Source: an uncultured Candidatus Saccharibacteria bacterium (GTDB lineage Bacteria; Patescibacteriota; Minisyncoccia; 2-02-FULL-40-12; GWA2-44-9). From it: a DNA stretch of 64,000 bases. Below the pieces are notes generated by a model. It was not told the DNA's origin. It ran no database searches and worked only from the letters and a program-made list of their open reading frames with translations. The position numbers were made by a program, and so were the translations under genes. The stretch is taken from assembly GCA_964436165.1 (NCBI GenBank), contig CAYTBY010000001.1, positions 6,777-70,776 of the forward strand, written 5' to 3'. Below, in pieces: positions 55,626-64,000 of the stretch; position 1 is the first letter of the stretch; every line of letters starts with the position of its first letter.

Positions 55626-56165
55626 CTATTCCGACAATTTATCTGCGACAATAAAAGGCACTAATGGTTTGAAAGATTTCTTAACGGCATCCGACATTCT
55701 TAGACATTCATCTTTCTCCAGCTTTTTTTTCTTTACAACCTTATCTACTGCCTTCGTTAACTTTTTAAATGCCGGCTTTAAGAGCTGGCTGAAAACTATA
55801 AAGCAAGACATAGCAGAATTGGTGTTTTGAGAACTGAATTGGATCATATTTTGAAGATCAAGAGGGTGCCGGCAAGTTACATCTATCGTCCCGCCTCGCG
55901 CTATATCCATTTCTATAACAACGATTCTTTTTCTGATTCTGACTATTTTCGAATTAATGTCTTTCTCCGGCCACCATATTCTTCTTAGGCCTAAACTAAA
56001 ACCTACACTTTGGCCAGTATCAGGCCAGTAGGGCAATTTAAATTGAGGAATATCAAAAGCAGACAACTGTACAGTTTCTTCTGTCAGCTCCGGCCCCAGG
56101 GCACTAAAGTTATCAATGAATTTTCTTAGTTCAACCGCCGCTTCTTTGTTTGTCATAAGGACCAC
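55626..56165 (-). CDS. Hypothetical protein, family V member 1 (IPQFKLPYWP ... KPLVPFIVADKL)
   Basis: Shares N- and C-terminal motifs with 56236..56823 and 59163..59660. Confidence 0.4.
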   Translation of the reverse strand: MVLMTNKEAAVELRKFIDNFSALGPELTEETVQLSAFDIPQFKLPYWPDTGQSVGFSLGLRRIWWPEKDINSKIVRIRKRIVVIEMDIARGGTIDVTCRHPLDLQNMIQFSSQNTNSAMSCFIVFSQLLKPAFKKLTKAVDKVVKKKKLEKDECLRMSDAVKKSFKPLVPFIVADKLSE

Positions 56166-56235
56166 TGTTTTTAAAAAAACTTACCAGTATTATACGTATT
56201 TTAAATAAAAAAGCAAACTCTGCGAGTTTGCTTGG

Positions 56236-56823
56236 TCATTTCGCCATCTTATCGGCGACAATGAATGGAATCAACGGTTCAAAGGATCGCTTGACCGCTT
56301 CGACAAGGGCTTGGCTGTTTTTGATCTTATCTTTCAGGTTTTTTGTATCTTGGTTTAGCAGTTTAATTATCTCATTATATATTTCTTTAAGGAATTGATG
56401 AAACACGACAAAACATCTTAATCTTTCAAGGGCATCGAATGCATTAGAATATGCGCCGTAACTTTCTTCTAGTTCGTCATGGAAGGGATATTTTTTATGA
56501 TTCCAGAGAGCTACACGCACTACTCCAGAGGGGCTTATCCGGAAAGTTAGAGCCTCGACTTTTTTTTGACTCAATACAATCATGTTTTTTATGGACGGCT
56601 CTGTTCTAAGAGTTGAGTTAAGTTCTGGAAATTCTATTGTTCGTTTACCGAGATCTATATTTAAATCATTCATATCTTTTGGCCAATTAGGTAGACGGAA
56701 TTGGGGAACATCATCTATTTTCTCCATATTTTCTATATACGTTCGCAGTTTCTTTATCTCTGGTTCATATGTATTTAAGAAGAAATCAATTAGTGATTGA
56801 AGTATCGCCGTGTCATTCATCAT
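56236..56823 (-). CDS. Hypothetical protein, family V member 2 (VPQFRLPNWP ... EPLIPFIVADKM)
   Basis: Paralog. 4-nt overlap with the vWA gene. Confidence 0.4.
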   Translation of the reverse strand: MMNDTAILQSLIDFFLNTYEPEIKKLRTYIENMEKIDDVPQFRLPNWPKDMNDLNIDLGKRTIEFPELNSTLRTEPSIKNMIVLSQKKVEALTFRISPSGVVRVALWNHKKYPFHDELEESYGAYSNAFDALERLRCFVVFHQFLKEIYNEIIKLLNQDTKNLKDKIKNSQALVEAVKRSFEPLIPFIVADKMAK

Positions 56824-58001
56824 TGCGTCTCCATAATTATTTTTTCTCCCCAGGGAACGTTATATTCTTGATTCAAGAGCCAGATGACGGGATACTCTGG
56901 CGGACGAGCCGGATAGCTGCCCATTCCGTCCGTCTGATAGACAAGAGCGGATATTTCTAGGCGTCTTTTTTCAATTTCCGCGAATACTGGTTCAAAGGCC
57001 GTACCGCCACCATGTTTAGGAAAAAATTTCGGCCAGACATCCTGAGGGGTTATCTCAAAGTAATCGTGGATACCCGCATCGCAGAAAAATAGGTGAAGAG
57101 TATAATCTTCAAACTGATCGGTTAAGCCCCTTGTTTCAGCCATGAACTCTTGGAATTGTTTTTTACTGACCGAACCGGAAGTATCAATAGCGCAGGCAAT
57201 TTCTAGCTTCTCTCCGTAAACGGATGGGAGGTATATGCCTCGCCAAAGATGTTTTTTAGCCGGTGGATAAAAACGGAAATCGTTCTTAGCCGTTGAGATA
57301 ACCTTGTCTCTTAAAAGGGTTTTCCAATCCTGTTTCGGTTCAAGGATGTCTTCAACCAGCTTTGCTATTGAACCTGGCAAGTGACCTCTGCCTTTGGCAA
57401 AATTTGCCGCTCTGGCTATGCGGTCTTTCCACTGGTCCGCAAGATCCTGGTTTTCTTTATTAACATCTTGGGCGCTAATATTATTTCCATCCTGGTTATC
57501 ATTGGATTCTGTGCTTGTACCTTGATTCTTGTTCGGTTTTCCCGGCCATTTATGGTGGGAATCCGCTAGTCTGCCCTTGATTGTTTTCGGATCGGGCAGT
57601 AAATCATATATTCTTTCAGCTGACATTCCTTCGTATTTTTTGTCCAGCAATATGCCCGGCGGAAGCTGGAGACCCTCTTTTGTTACAATGAGATTTATTG
57701 CAAAATCAGTGGCATAATTCCATTTCAAAAACTCTCTGCCGCCCCTTCTCCAAATATGTCCAAGGGCGCAGTGGAGTACTTCGTGGACGAGAGTGCCTCT
57801 TAGCTGTTCCGGTGGTACGTTATTAACAAAGTCAGGGTGATAGAACAAGTGCTTTCCGTCTGTTGCCATTGTCGGGATGGGCAGATCTCTGGTTTCAACC
57901 GGTTCAAGTCCCAGGGCAAGATATCCGAAAAAACTGTACTCGTCTCTCATAAGGACCATTCGTTCTTTAAGGATGCGGTTTCTGGGAGAGAGTTTTGGCA
58001 T
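56820..58001 (-). CDS. Fusion of a putative HExxH metallopeptidase-like domain with a vWA domain (DUF2201-like partner of a MoxR ATPase)
   Basis: TLVHEVLHCALGH is an HExxH motif. ACAIDTSGSVS is a vWA MIDAS motif (DxSxS). Confidence 0.6.
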   Translation of the reverse strand: MPKLSPRNRILKERMVLMRDEYSFFGYLALGLEPVETRDLPIPTMATDGKHLFYHPDFVNNVPPEQLRGTLVHEVLHCALGHIWRRGGREFLKWNYATDFAINLIVTKEGLQLPPGILLDKKYEGMSAERIYDLLPDPKTIKGRLADSHHKWPGKPNKNQGTSTESNDNQDGNNISAQDVNKENQDLADQWKDRIARAANFAKGRGHLPGSIAKLVEDILEPKQDWKTLLRDKVISTAKNDFRFYPPAKKHLWRGIYLPSVYGEKLEIACAIDTSGSVSKKQFQEFMAETRGLTDQFEDYTLHLFFCDAGIHDYFEITPQDVWPKFFPKHGGGTAFEPVFAEIEKRRLEISALVYQTDGMGSYPARPPEYPVIWLLNQEYNVPWGEKIIMETQ

Positions 58002-58013
58002 GTTTGGTTTTCC

Positions 58014-59012
58014 TTAATCAAAAGTCAGTAGTTCGTAATATTCTTTCGCTAGCTTTGTCCAGGAGGGACTTTGAACCACGGTCTGTTTATTCTTCTGGAG
58101 CATAAGTTTTATCATTAAGACGGCTATCTCCTTCGGTTCTAAATAATCGGAATACTGAAGTAAGCGCTCAAATTGTTCCGGTCGAGCTTTTACGACCAAA
58201 CCGGTAACTAGGGCATAAGAAGTATCAATTCCGCCTTTTACTATTAGGTTCTTGCCTCTCAATATTTCGTCAAGATCAGGCATTTCAGCTCTAACTCTAA
58301 GGTAGCCCTTGAATTCAATTGCTGTACCCTCGCCGATTGTACCTTGGATCAACTTTTCCTTTAAATTTTGACTCAAGGTGTCGGTCTTTAATATTCTAGA
58401 AACGAATTCCCATGTCCGGGGAGTGGGGAAGGCATTATCATGTCTGGCCGGATCAAAACGGTAGAGTTTGTCGGGCATAAAACTTATGAATTCGATAACT
58501 TCAGATGCAATTCCTATTTTCATTGCCCATTCGCGCCAATCGTCAGTATGAATTTCAACATCAGCATGTATAAAACGGTTTCTTAGGGGAGCTGCCATTT
58601 TATATACGTTCGCTCCATGTTCGGCTTTGTTTCCGGCAGCAATCATATACCATCCATCCGGGACTAGATATTCACCGACTCTCCTGTCCAAAATCAATTG
58701 ATATGCGCTGGCTTGAACTAGAGGAGGAGCCAGATTCATCTCGTCAAGAAGCCAGATGCCTCGGCCATCTCGCGGGAATTCGTGGGGGGCCAGCCATTTT
58801 GCTCTGTCATTTTCAGGAAAAGGCAGTCCTTTAATATCACTCGGGTCCATCATTGATAATCTCGTGTCAATGAATCCGATTTTCTCCTCTTGAGCTACTT
58901 GGCAGCAAATTCTTGATTTCCCGCATCCGGGCGGTCCCCAAAGGTGGAGAGCCGGCATGCCCTGACTGTTAACGATAGCTCTGATGAGTTCGGTAACTTC
59001 TTTCGGGCGCAT
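58014..59012 (-). CDS. MoxR-like AAA+ ATPase
   Basis: Walker A GPPGCGKS. Walker B LLDEMN. About 330 aa and AAA_5-like. Confidence 0.7.
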   Translation of the reverse strand: MRPKEVTELIRAIVNSQGMPALHLWGPPGCGKSRICCQVAQEEKIGFIDTRLSMMDPSDIKGLPFPENDRAKWLAPHEFPRDGRGIWLLDEMNLAPPLVQASAYQLILDRRVGEYLVPDGWYMIAAGNKAEHGANVYKMAAPLRNRFIHADVEIHTDDWREWAMKIGIASEVIEFISFMPDKLYRFDPARHDNAFPTPRTWEFVSRILKTDTLSQNLKEKLIQGTIGEGTAIEFKGYLRVRAEMPDLDEILRGKNLIVKGGIDTSYALVTGLVVKARPEQFERLLQYSDYLEPKEIAVLMIKLMLQKNKQTVVQSPSWTKLAKEYYELLTFD

Positions 59013-59162
59013 TTTGTTGTTCTCCTTTATTGTGAACGAACTGGAATCGTATCCGCTTTATATAATAATAAGTTAAAAATGTCAATACTTTACAAATATT
59101 TATTATCGTGGTATTCTCCTGGGTAGTTAATTTTCCTTTACAACTACAACGGGGAGTAAGTC

Positions 59163-59660
59163 ATGGAGAGAACTCTTGATATTAGTTCTGGACTTGGTGA
59201 TTTTTTTCAGAAAGTTAGAAAAGTTGAGATCGAAGAATTAAAAGTGCCGGATTTTTATATTTCGGGGTGGCCAAGGGCAGTCGGTAGAATAGATATAAGG
59301 TTGAGAAAGCCCGGAATTGTTTATCGGTGGAGGTCAATTAACGGGACTTTATATAAAATTACTAGATGGTTTTGTACGGGGTTCTATGGATTTAAGTTCT
59401 CAATATTAGACACCGGAGAGATTTATATTAATTCTACGGACGCGGCATATTTATCAAGAGAGACTCCATATCGTAGTACTAATAATACATCAAGAGCTGT
59501 TTGTCTCATGTTGTTCGATCAATTTAAAAGCAGGGCATTGCCAAAAATAATTGCTAAAGTTGAAAGAGATTCAAGGTATAATCAAAAAGCAGTTGAAGCC
59601 GTCAAAAAAGCTCTTGAACCATTCATTCCCCAGATTGTTGCCGACCAGCTGGCAAGCTGA
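59163..59660 (+). CDS. Hypothetical protein, family V member 3 (VPDFYISGWP ... EPFIPQIVADQL)
   Basis: Paralog on the opposite strand, divergent from the MoxR operon. Confidence 0.4.
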   Translation: MERTLDISSGLGDFFQKVRKVEIEELKVPDFYISGWPRAVGRIDIRLRKPGIVYRWRSINGTLYKITRWFCTGFYGFKFSILDTGEIYINSTDAAYLSRETPYRSTNNTSRAVCLMLFDQFKSRALPKIIAKVERDSRYNQKAVEAVKKALEPFIPQIVADQLAS

Positions 59661-59662
59661 CA

Positions 59663-59687
59663 GGCTCCGAAATCTCGGAGCTTTTTA
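59663..59687. terminator. Bidirectional terminator
   Basis: GCTCCGA-aatc-TCGGAGC followed by TTTTT. Confidence 0.55.
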
Positions 59688-59692
59688 ATTTT

Positions 59693-61009
59693 TTATCTTC
59701 CGGCTTGGCGGAGAGAGATGTTTATTGTTTTGAGAATAATTCCTAGGTCGAGAATGAGAGAGCGGTTTTTTATATAGTAGAGGTCGTATTGCAATTTTTC
59801 GGCGGCATCGGCGACGGATGAACTATAGCGGTAATTTATCTGAGCCCAGCCGGTAAGTCCTGGTTTAATAATATACCTCTCTTCATAAAAGGGTATGTTC
59901 TTTTTTAAACTCTCATGGAATTCCGGTCTTTCGGCCCGCGGGCCGACGAATGACATCTCTCCTTTGATGATATTCCAGAGCTGGGGAAGTTCGTCTATTC
60001 TTGCTTTGCGGAGGAGTTTACCGAGCCAGGTTATTCTGGGGTCGTTTTCTTGAGCCCAAACGGCGCCGGTTTCTTTTTCGGCATCTTTTTTCATGGTTCG
60101 AAATTTTATTATTTCAAAATTTTTCCCATTCTGGCCGACTCTTTTCTGGCGGTAAAATATTGGTCCAGGCGAGCCGGTTTTTATTGTTAAGGCAATCAGG
60201 GGTATAAACGGCAAAACGACGGCTCCAAGGACGAATGAAAAAATGAGATCAAAAAACCTCTTCAGTTCTTCGTATGTTTTTTTACTGCCCTCGGTTAGGT
60301 TTTCCAAAAACCAAACTTGGTTAATGGCGCCAAGAGGAACTTTATTGGTTATTTGTTCATAGAATGATGAAAGGTTGCGGAAGGTAACCCGGTTTTCAAG
60401 CGAGCGATAAAATGTATCGATGATCTGGGGAATCTGATAAGTTTCTGGAGAGATGACGACGGTGTTTATTTTTTCCTGACGAATAATTTGGTCCACATTT
60501 CTTATTCCTTCTTTGACTAAGTCCATTAAATATTTTAACTCGTAACCAAGCTGAGGATTTTCTTCCACAAATTTTGCCAGTTCTAAGGATTGGTTGTTTA
60601 CCCCGACAATTAAAAGAGGCTTCTTGTAACCGCTGGCATTGGCTTTATTAAAAAGAGTTCGGCTGGCGATAACTATTCCCGAGGATAGGGCCGTAAATAG
60701 GGCCAAATTTGTTTTTGGTGTTATCTGGAATATCGGGATTAAATAAAAGAAAATGACGGAGATAGCCGAGGCGGTGATGATTGCCCGAGAAAGGCCGGAG
60801 TAAAAGTCGAGGTTGTTTCTTAAAAACCCGAAGTCATACAAGTTGGTGATGTAGAAAATAAAGAGCCAGAGGGCAAAAATAAACAAAAAAGGCATTGAGT
60901 GAATGCCGTATTGGTAGCCGAAACTATCCCTATAACGTACAAAAAGGGTAATGGCCAGAGCTCCATATAAAGCCCCGATATCCAATAAAAAAAGGCCGAA
61001 TCTTCTCAT
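59693..61009 (-). CDS. Polyprenyl-phosphate hexose-1-phosphate transferase (WbaP/WcaJ-type bacterial sugar transferase)
   Basis: PIFYRQKRVGQNGKNFEIIKFRTM ... DELPQLWNIIKGEMSFVGPRAERPEF is the canonical sugar-transferase C-terminal domain. Four or five N-terminal TM helices. Confidence 0.85.
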   Translation of the reverse strand: MRRFGLFLLDIGALYGALAITLFVRYRDSFGYQYGIHSMPFLFIFALWLFIFYITNLYDFGFLRNNLDFYSGLSRAIITASAISVIFFYLIPIFQITPKTNLALFTALSSGIVIASRTLFNKANASGYKKPLLIVGVNNQSLELAKFVEENPQLGYELKYLMDLVKEGIRNVDQIIRQEKINTVVISPETYQIPQIIDTFYRSLENRVTFRNLSSFYEQITNKVPLGAINQVWFLENLTEGSKKTYEELKRFFDLIFSFVLGAVVLPFIPLIALTIKTGSPGPIFYRQKRVGQNGKNFEIIKFRTMKKDAEKETGAVWAQENDPRITWLGKLLRKARIDELPQLWNIIKGEMSFVGPRAERPEFHESLKKNIPFYEERYIIKPGLTGWAQINYRYSSSVADAAEKLQYDLYYIKNRSLILDLGIILKTINISLRQAGR

Positions 61010-61049
61010 GATTGTGGTTAATAATAACCCAAAACCGATAAAGCGTCAA

Positions 61050-61086
61050 TTGCAAGCACTCATTAAGTGGGTATAATGCCTGTATG
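61050..61086 (+). promoter_or_regulatory. Sigma70-like promoter (TTGCAA, 16-nt spacer, TATAAT). The predicted TSS coincides with the ATG, implying a leaderless mRNA.
   Basis: -35 at 61050-61055 and -10 at 61072-61077. The ATG at 61084 is 7 nt after the -10. No SD sequence is present. Confidence 0.4.
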
Positions 61087-62058
61087 GCAACTAATAAAAT
61101 AAAAATTGGTATTATCGGTCTGGGGATGGTGGGCGAGCCGATAAGAAGGTGGTTTGAAGATGTAAACGGCTATAAAAGAGGCCGGGATTTGTTTTGCTAT
61201 GATGTTGACTCAAAAAAGGGCTATTCCGACGATGTTAATAGGGCCGATGTAATTTTTGTCTCGGTTCCGACGCCGACAAATCCGGACGGCAGTTGTAATG
61301 TATCTATTGTTGAGTCGGCTGTGGCCGGTGTTGGGGATAGGAAAATAGTCGTAATTAAATCAACGGTTTCACCCGGGACGGTGGAGAAGCTTCAGAAAAA
61401 ACATCCCAAAAAGCGGTTTATCTTTAATCCGGAATTTTTGACAGAATCTCAAGCCTGGGAGGATTTTATTTCTCCCGACCGGCAAATAGTCGGAACAACT
61501 GCGAAAAGCATGAGCGATGCGGTAGAGGTTCTTAATCTTTTGCCCAAAAAGAATTTTATTCGTCCTTGGACATCTGACTATGCCAAAAAATCAGTCAATG
61601 CTACTGAAGCTGAATTTGGTAAATACGCCTCGAACGTTTTCGGCTATATCAAAGTGATCTATGGAAATATCTTAGCTGATATGTGCTACTCAATGAGTAA
61701 AATAAATGGAGTAAAAGTAGATTACGAAAATGTTAAAGAGCTGATAGGCGCCGATTTACGTATTGGTCCGGCTTGGCTGAATGTTAATCACGGTAATTAC
61801 TCGGGGAGTGGGGGGTACTGCTTTCCGAAGGATATGAATGCTTTTATCGCTTTTGGCGAGACGCTTGAAAAAGATGCGATCAAGAAGAAATTATTAGACA
61901 AGGAACATCTCAAGATTCTTCAGGGCGGCCTGGCGGTTCTGAAAGCAGTCCGGGATTATAATAAAGTTCTCATTGAATCTCAGGGACTCTCAATGGAAGA
62001 CGTTTCGAGGCATGATAAGGAAATAATTGTCCAGAAAAGAAAGAAGATACGGGTATAA
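61084..62058 (+). CDS. NAD-dependent nucleotide-sugar dehydrogenase-like protein (UDP-glucose/GDP-mannose dehydrogenase family, short form)
   Basis: KIGIIGLGMVG Rossmann motif. A central GSGGYCFPKD resembles the catalytic-Cys region (GGxCxxKD). Confidence 0.55.
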   Translation: MATNKIKIGIIGLGMVGEPIRRWFEDVNGYKRGRDLFCYDVDSKKGYSDDVNRADVIFVSVPTPTNPDGSCNVSIVESAVAGVGDRKIVVIKSTVSPGTVEKLQKKHPKKRFIFNPEFLTESQAWEDFISPDRQIVGTTAKSMSDAVEVLNLLPKKNFIRPWTSDYAKKSVNATEAEFGKYASNVFGYIKVIYGNILADMCYSMSKINGVKVDYENVKELIGADLRIGPAWLNVNHGNYSGSGGYCFPKDMNAFIAFGETLEKDAIKKKLLDKEHLKILQGGLAVLKAVRDYNKVLIESQGLSMEDVSRHDKEIIVQKRKKIRV

Positions 62059-62143
62059 ATTAACCTAATTTCTAATTAACCTAATCAAATTCCAATGACC
62101 AAATTCTTATTTTAGACATTAGAAATTAAAACATTGGACATTG

Positions 62144-62186
62144 ATTAGAATAATTAGGTCAATTAGAATAATTAGAAATTTCTAAT
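62144..62186. repeat. AT-rich direct repeats (2x ATTAGAATAATTAG) ending in the palindrome ATTAGAAATTTCTAAT, which overlaps the start codon
   Basis: Read directly from the sequence. Confidence 0.4.
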
Positions 62187-63087
62187 GAGATTACTCGTAA
62201 CCGGCGGCGCCGGATTCATAGGGTCGAATTTAGTTGATGTTCTGATTGAGCGTGGTTTTGAGGTTCATGTGATTGATGACCTATCTAACGGCAAGAAGGA
62301 GAACGTTAACAAAAAGGCAGTTCTGCATACTCTTGATGTCACTGACCTTGGTTCCATAAAACCTATTTTTACGGGAGTAGATTATGTCTTTCATTTGGCA
62401 GCTTTGCCCAGAGTTCAATATTCCATTGAGTGTCCGGCCGAATCAAACAAAACTAATGTTGAGGGTACGTTGAATGTTTTGATATCCTCAGTCGAAGCAA
62501 AAGTCAAAAAATTTATTTATTCAGCTTCCAGTTCGGCTTACGGCGATCAGGTAGCGATGCCATTAAAAGAAGACATGATTCCATCTCCGAAAAGTCCGTA
62601 TGGTTTGCAAAAATATTTAGGTGAGCTTTACTGCAGGTTATGGAGGGAGGTTTATAATCTTCCAACCGTTTCTCTCCGTTATTTTAATGTATATGGTCCG
62701 AGATATAATCCTGATGGCGCTTACGCTCTTGTTATCGGAAAATTTTTAAAGCAAAGATTAAATGGCGAACCGATGACAATCACAGGTGATGGGGAACAAA
62801 CGAGGGACTTTACTCATGTTAGGGATGTCGTTCGGGCTAATATACTGGCCATGGAAAGTCAGATGGTGGGTAGGGGCGAAGTAATAAATATCGGAGCCGG
62901 TAAAAATCAATCCATGAACAGAATCGCCCAGCTGATTGGGGGACCGGCAACCTATATACCTGCCAGGTTGGAGCCTAAGCATACTTTGGCCGACAATACT
63001 CTGGCCCGTGAACTTTTAGGCTGGAAGCCTGAAATTGACCTGGAAGAAGGCATCTCGGAATTAAAAAAAATGGCCGGTCTTATCTAG
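62185..63087 (+). CDS. NAD-dependent sugar epimerase (extended SDR, UDP-hexose 4-epimerase-like)
   Basis: [14 protein letters not shown] motif and YGLQK (YxxxK). Confidence 0.75.
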   Translation: MRLLVTGGAGFIGSNLVDVLIERGFEVHVIDDLSNGKKENVNKKAVLHTLDVTDLGSIKPIFTGVDYVFHLAALPRVQYSIECPAESNKTNVEGTLNVLISSVEAKVKKFIYSASSSAYGDQVAMPLKEDMIPSPKSPYGLQKYLGELYCRLWREVYNLPTVSLRYFNVYGPRYNPDGAYALVIGKFLKQRLNGEPMTITGDGEQTRDFTHVRDVVRANILAMESQMVGRGEVINIGAGKNQSMNRIAQLIGGPATYIPARLEPKHTLADNTLARELLGWKPEIDLEEGISELKKMAGLI

Positions 63088-63090
63088 AAT

Positions 63091-63099
63091 TGGTATAAT
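63091..63099 (+). promoter_or_regulatory. Extended -10 promoter element TGgTATAAT
   Basis: Exact TGnTATAAT match 21 nt upstream of the ATG at 63121. Confidence 0.4.
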
Positions 63100-63120
63100 G
63101 ATGAAATGGGTTTAGTTAAA

Positions 63121-64000
63121 ATGGCTAAATTTTTGTGTTTTCTGCTGATTCTTATCAGCTTTTTTGTTGGTAAACCTGTTTATGCCGATAGTCTTGGCCA
63201 GAGAACGAATTTTAATGTAAATCCAGAATTTGATAAATACGAGAGGACATCTTTAACTGCGACATTGCGTCATATCGGCGAGAATCTTTATTTTTACATT
63301 GAAGACAGTTATTGGGATGGCCTTGGTTTTGCTGGACAAAATTCTCTTCTAACAAACATTAAATTTTTAGCCGACGAGTTTGATAAAAATATTTACCCAA
63401 AAGAAACGGCTCTTTGGGGGTCGGAGCCGAAACCTGGCATTGATGGTGATCCCAAGATTACTATTCTTCTGGAGGAGCTTTTAACTAATAATGGGGGGTA
63501 TTTTGATACTGCTAACGGTTACGCCAAAGAATCATCGAAGGATTCTAACGAGCGGGAGATGATTTCCTTGAATGCCGAAGTTTTGGTTTCGGATTCTTTT
63601 GTAGAAAAAATGTTTCTGGCCCATGAGTTTCAGCACCTCATTTCTTTTAATCAGAAAGAGCTAATCAACAATTCATCGGAAGACGTTTGGTTAAATGAAC
63701 TGCGCTCGGAATACTCAATTTCTGTGGCCGGTTATAATGATTCTTACCCGAATTCTAATTTGGATCGAAGAGCTTATATCTTTTCCGGCAATCAATCTGA
63801 TAGTTTGACCGAGTGGCCGAATAAAAATTCAGATTATGCCATGGTTGCATTGTTTGCTGAATATTTAGTCGAGCAGTTTGGCCCTAATATTTTATCGGAA
63901 ATGCTGAGAAGCTCTTTGACCGGAATCTCTTCGTTGAATAAATATTTTACAGATAAGGGCTATTATAGTCCGTCATCCGCCCCTTCTGGCGGAAGCGGAT
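63121..64000 (+). CDS. Secreted protein with an HExxH motif (putative metallopeptidase-like). Partial: it runs off the window end.
   Basis: The frame is open from 63121 to 64000 with no stop, which is why it is absent from the ORF table. Signal peptide MAKFLCFLLILISFFVGKPVYA. HEFQH motif. Confidence 0.45.
   Translation, partial: MAKFLCFLLILISFFVGKPVYADSLGQRTNFNVNPEFDKYERTSLTATLRHIGENLYFYIEDSYWDGLGFAGQNSLLTNIKFLADEFDKNIYPKETALWGSEPKPGIDGDPKITILLEELLTNNGGYFDTANGYAKESSKDSNEREMISLNAEVLVSDSFVEKMFLAHEFQHLISFNQKELINNSSEDVWLNELRSEYSISVAGYNDSYPNSNLDRRAYIFSGNQSDSLTEWPNKNSDYAMVALFAEYLVEQFGPNILSEMLRSSLTGISSLNKYFTDKGYYSPSSAPSGGSG

Noticed and set aside
56820-59012. Interpretation of the MoxR/vWA pair as a CoxD/CoxE-type metal-cluster maturation system
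   Set aside because: There is no CO-dehydrogenase or other metalloenzyme client nearby. The partners are triplicated unknown proteins, so a conflict- or regulatory-type MoxR-vWA system is more consistent. This remains open.
1-64000. rRNA, tRNA and CRISPR features
   Set aside because: No stretch lacking ORFs is long enough for an rRNA. The intergenic hairpins lack tRNA architecture. No regularly spaced repeat-spacer array exists.

Overview
This window is a compact, gene-dense bacterial locus, mostly a large nucleotide-sugar and surface-glycan biosynthesis region. Genes are short, often overlapping, and read mostly on the minus strand, with many ATGA and TAATG junctions.

Recognisable modules:
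- A PseB-like UDP-GlcNAc 4,6-dehydratase, a PseC-like DegT aminotransferase and a Pse-type methylase (1.8-4.6 kb).
- Several SDR epimerases/dehydratases.
- Two paralogous ~700-aa B12-binding radical SAM enzymes (7.8-10.0 kb and 16.5-18.6 kb).
- An aldo/keto reductase, an SDR, and a split transketolase.
- A ColD/E1-type PMP-dependent sugar 3-dehydratase (active-site Lys replaced by His), a carbamoyltransferase, and a TPP-dependent E1 alpha/beta pair.
- A duplicated Nudix + cytidylyltransferase-family module.
- A heptose/6-deoxyhexose operon: GmhA, a GHMP heptose kinase, an RmlC-like cupin, an Fcl-like reductase, an ABC exporter, and a GDP-mannose 4,6-dehydratase homolog interrupted by two inteins that carry LAGLIDADG-like motifs.
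- A Wzx-like flippase, a GT2 polyprenol-phosphate glycosyltransferase, an O-antigen-ligase/TPR membrane protein, and a WbaP-type priming sugar transferase.

Outside the glycan genes there are three further items:
- A 7-kb island (39.7-47.0 kb) of paralogous small hypothetical proteins in two families. They share an N-terminal MET..LIK[SQ]T motif and are tightly coupled to a rhomboid protease.
- A MoxR-like AAA+ ATPase with a vWA/HExxH-metallopeptidase partner, flanked by three paralogs of an unknown family that end in PFIVADxL.
- Three copies of a ~165-215 bp, highly structured MITE-like element with TA-flanked GGACTTACGCG terminal inverted repeats, plus recurring operator-like repeats upstream of operons.

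No rRNA, tRNA or CRISPR array was found. All calls rest on motif-level reading of the supplied translations and sequence; no database search was run.
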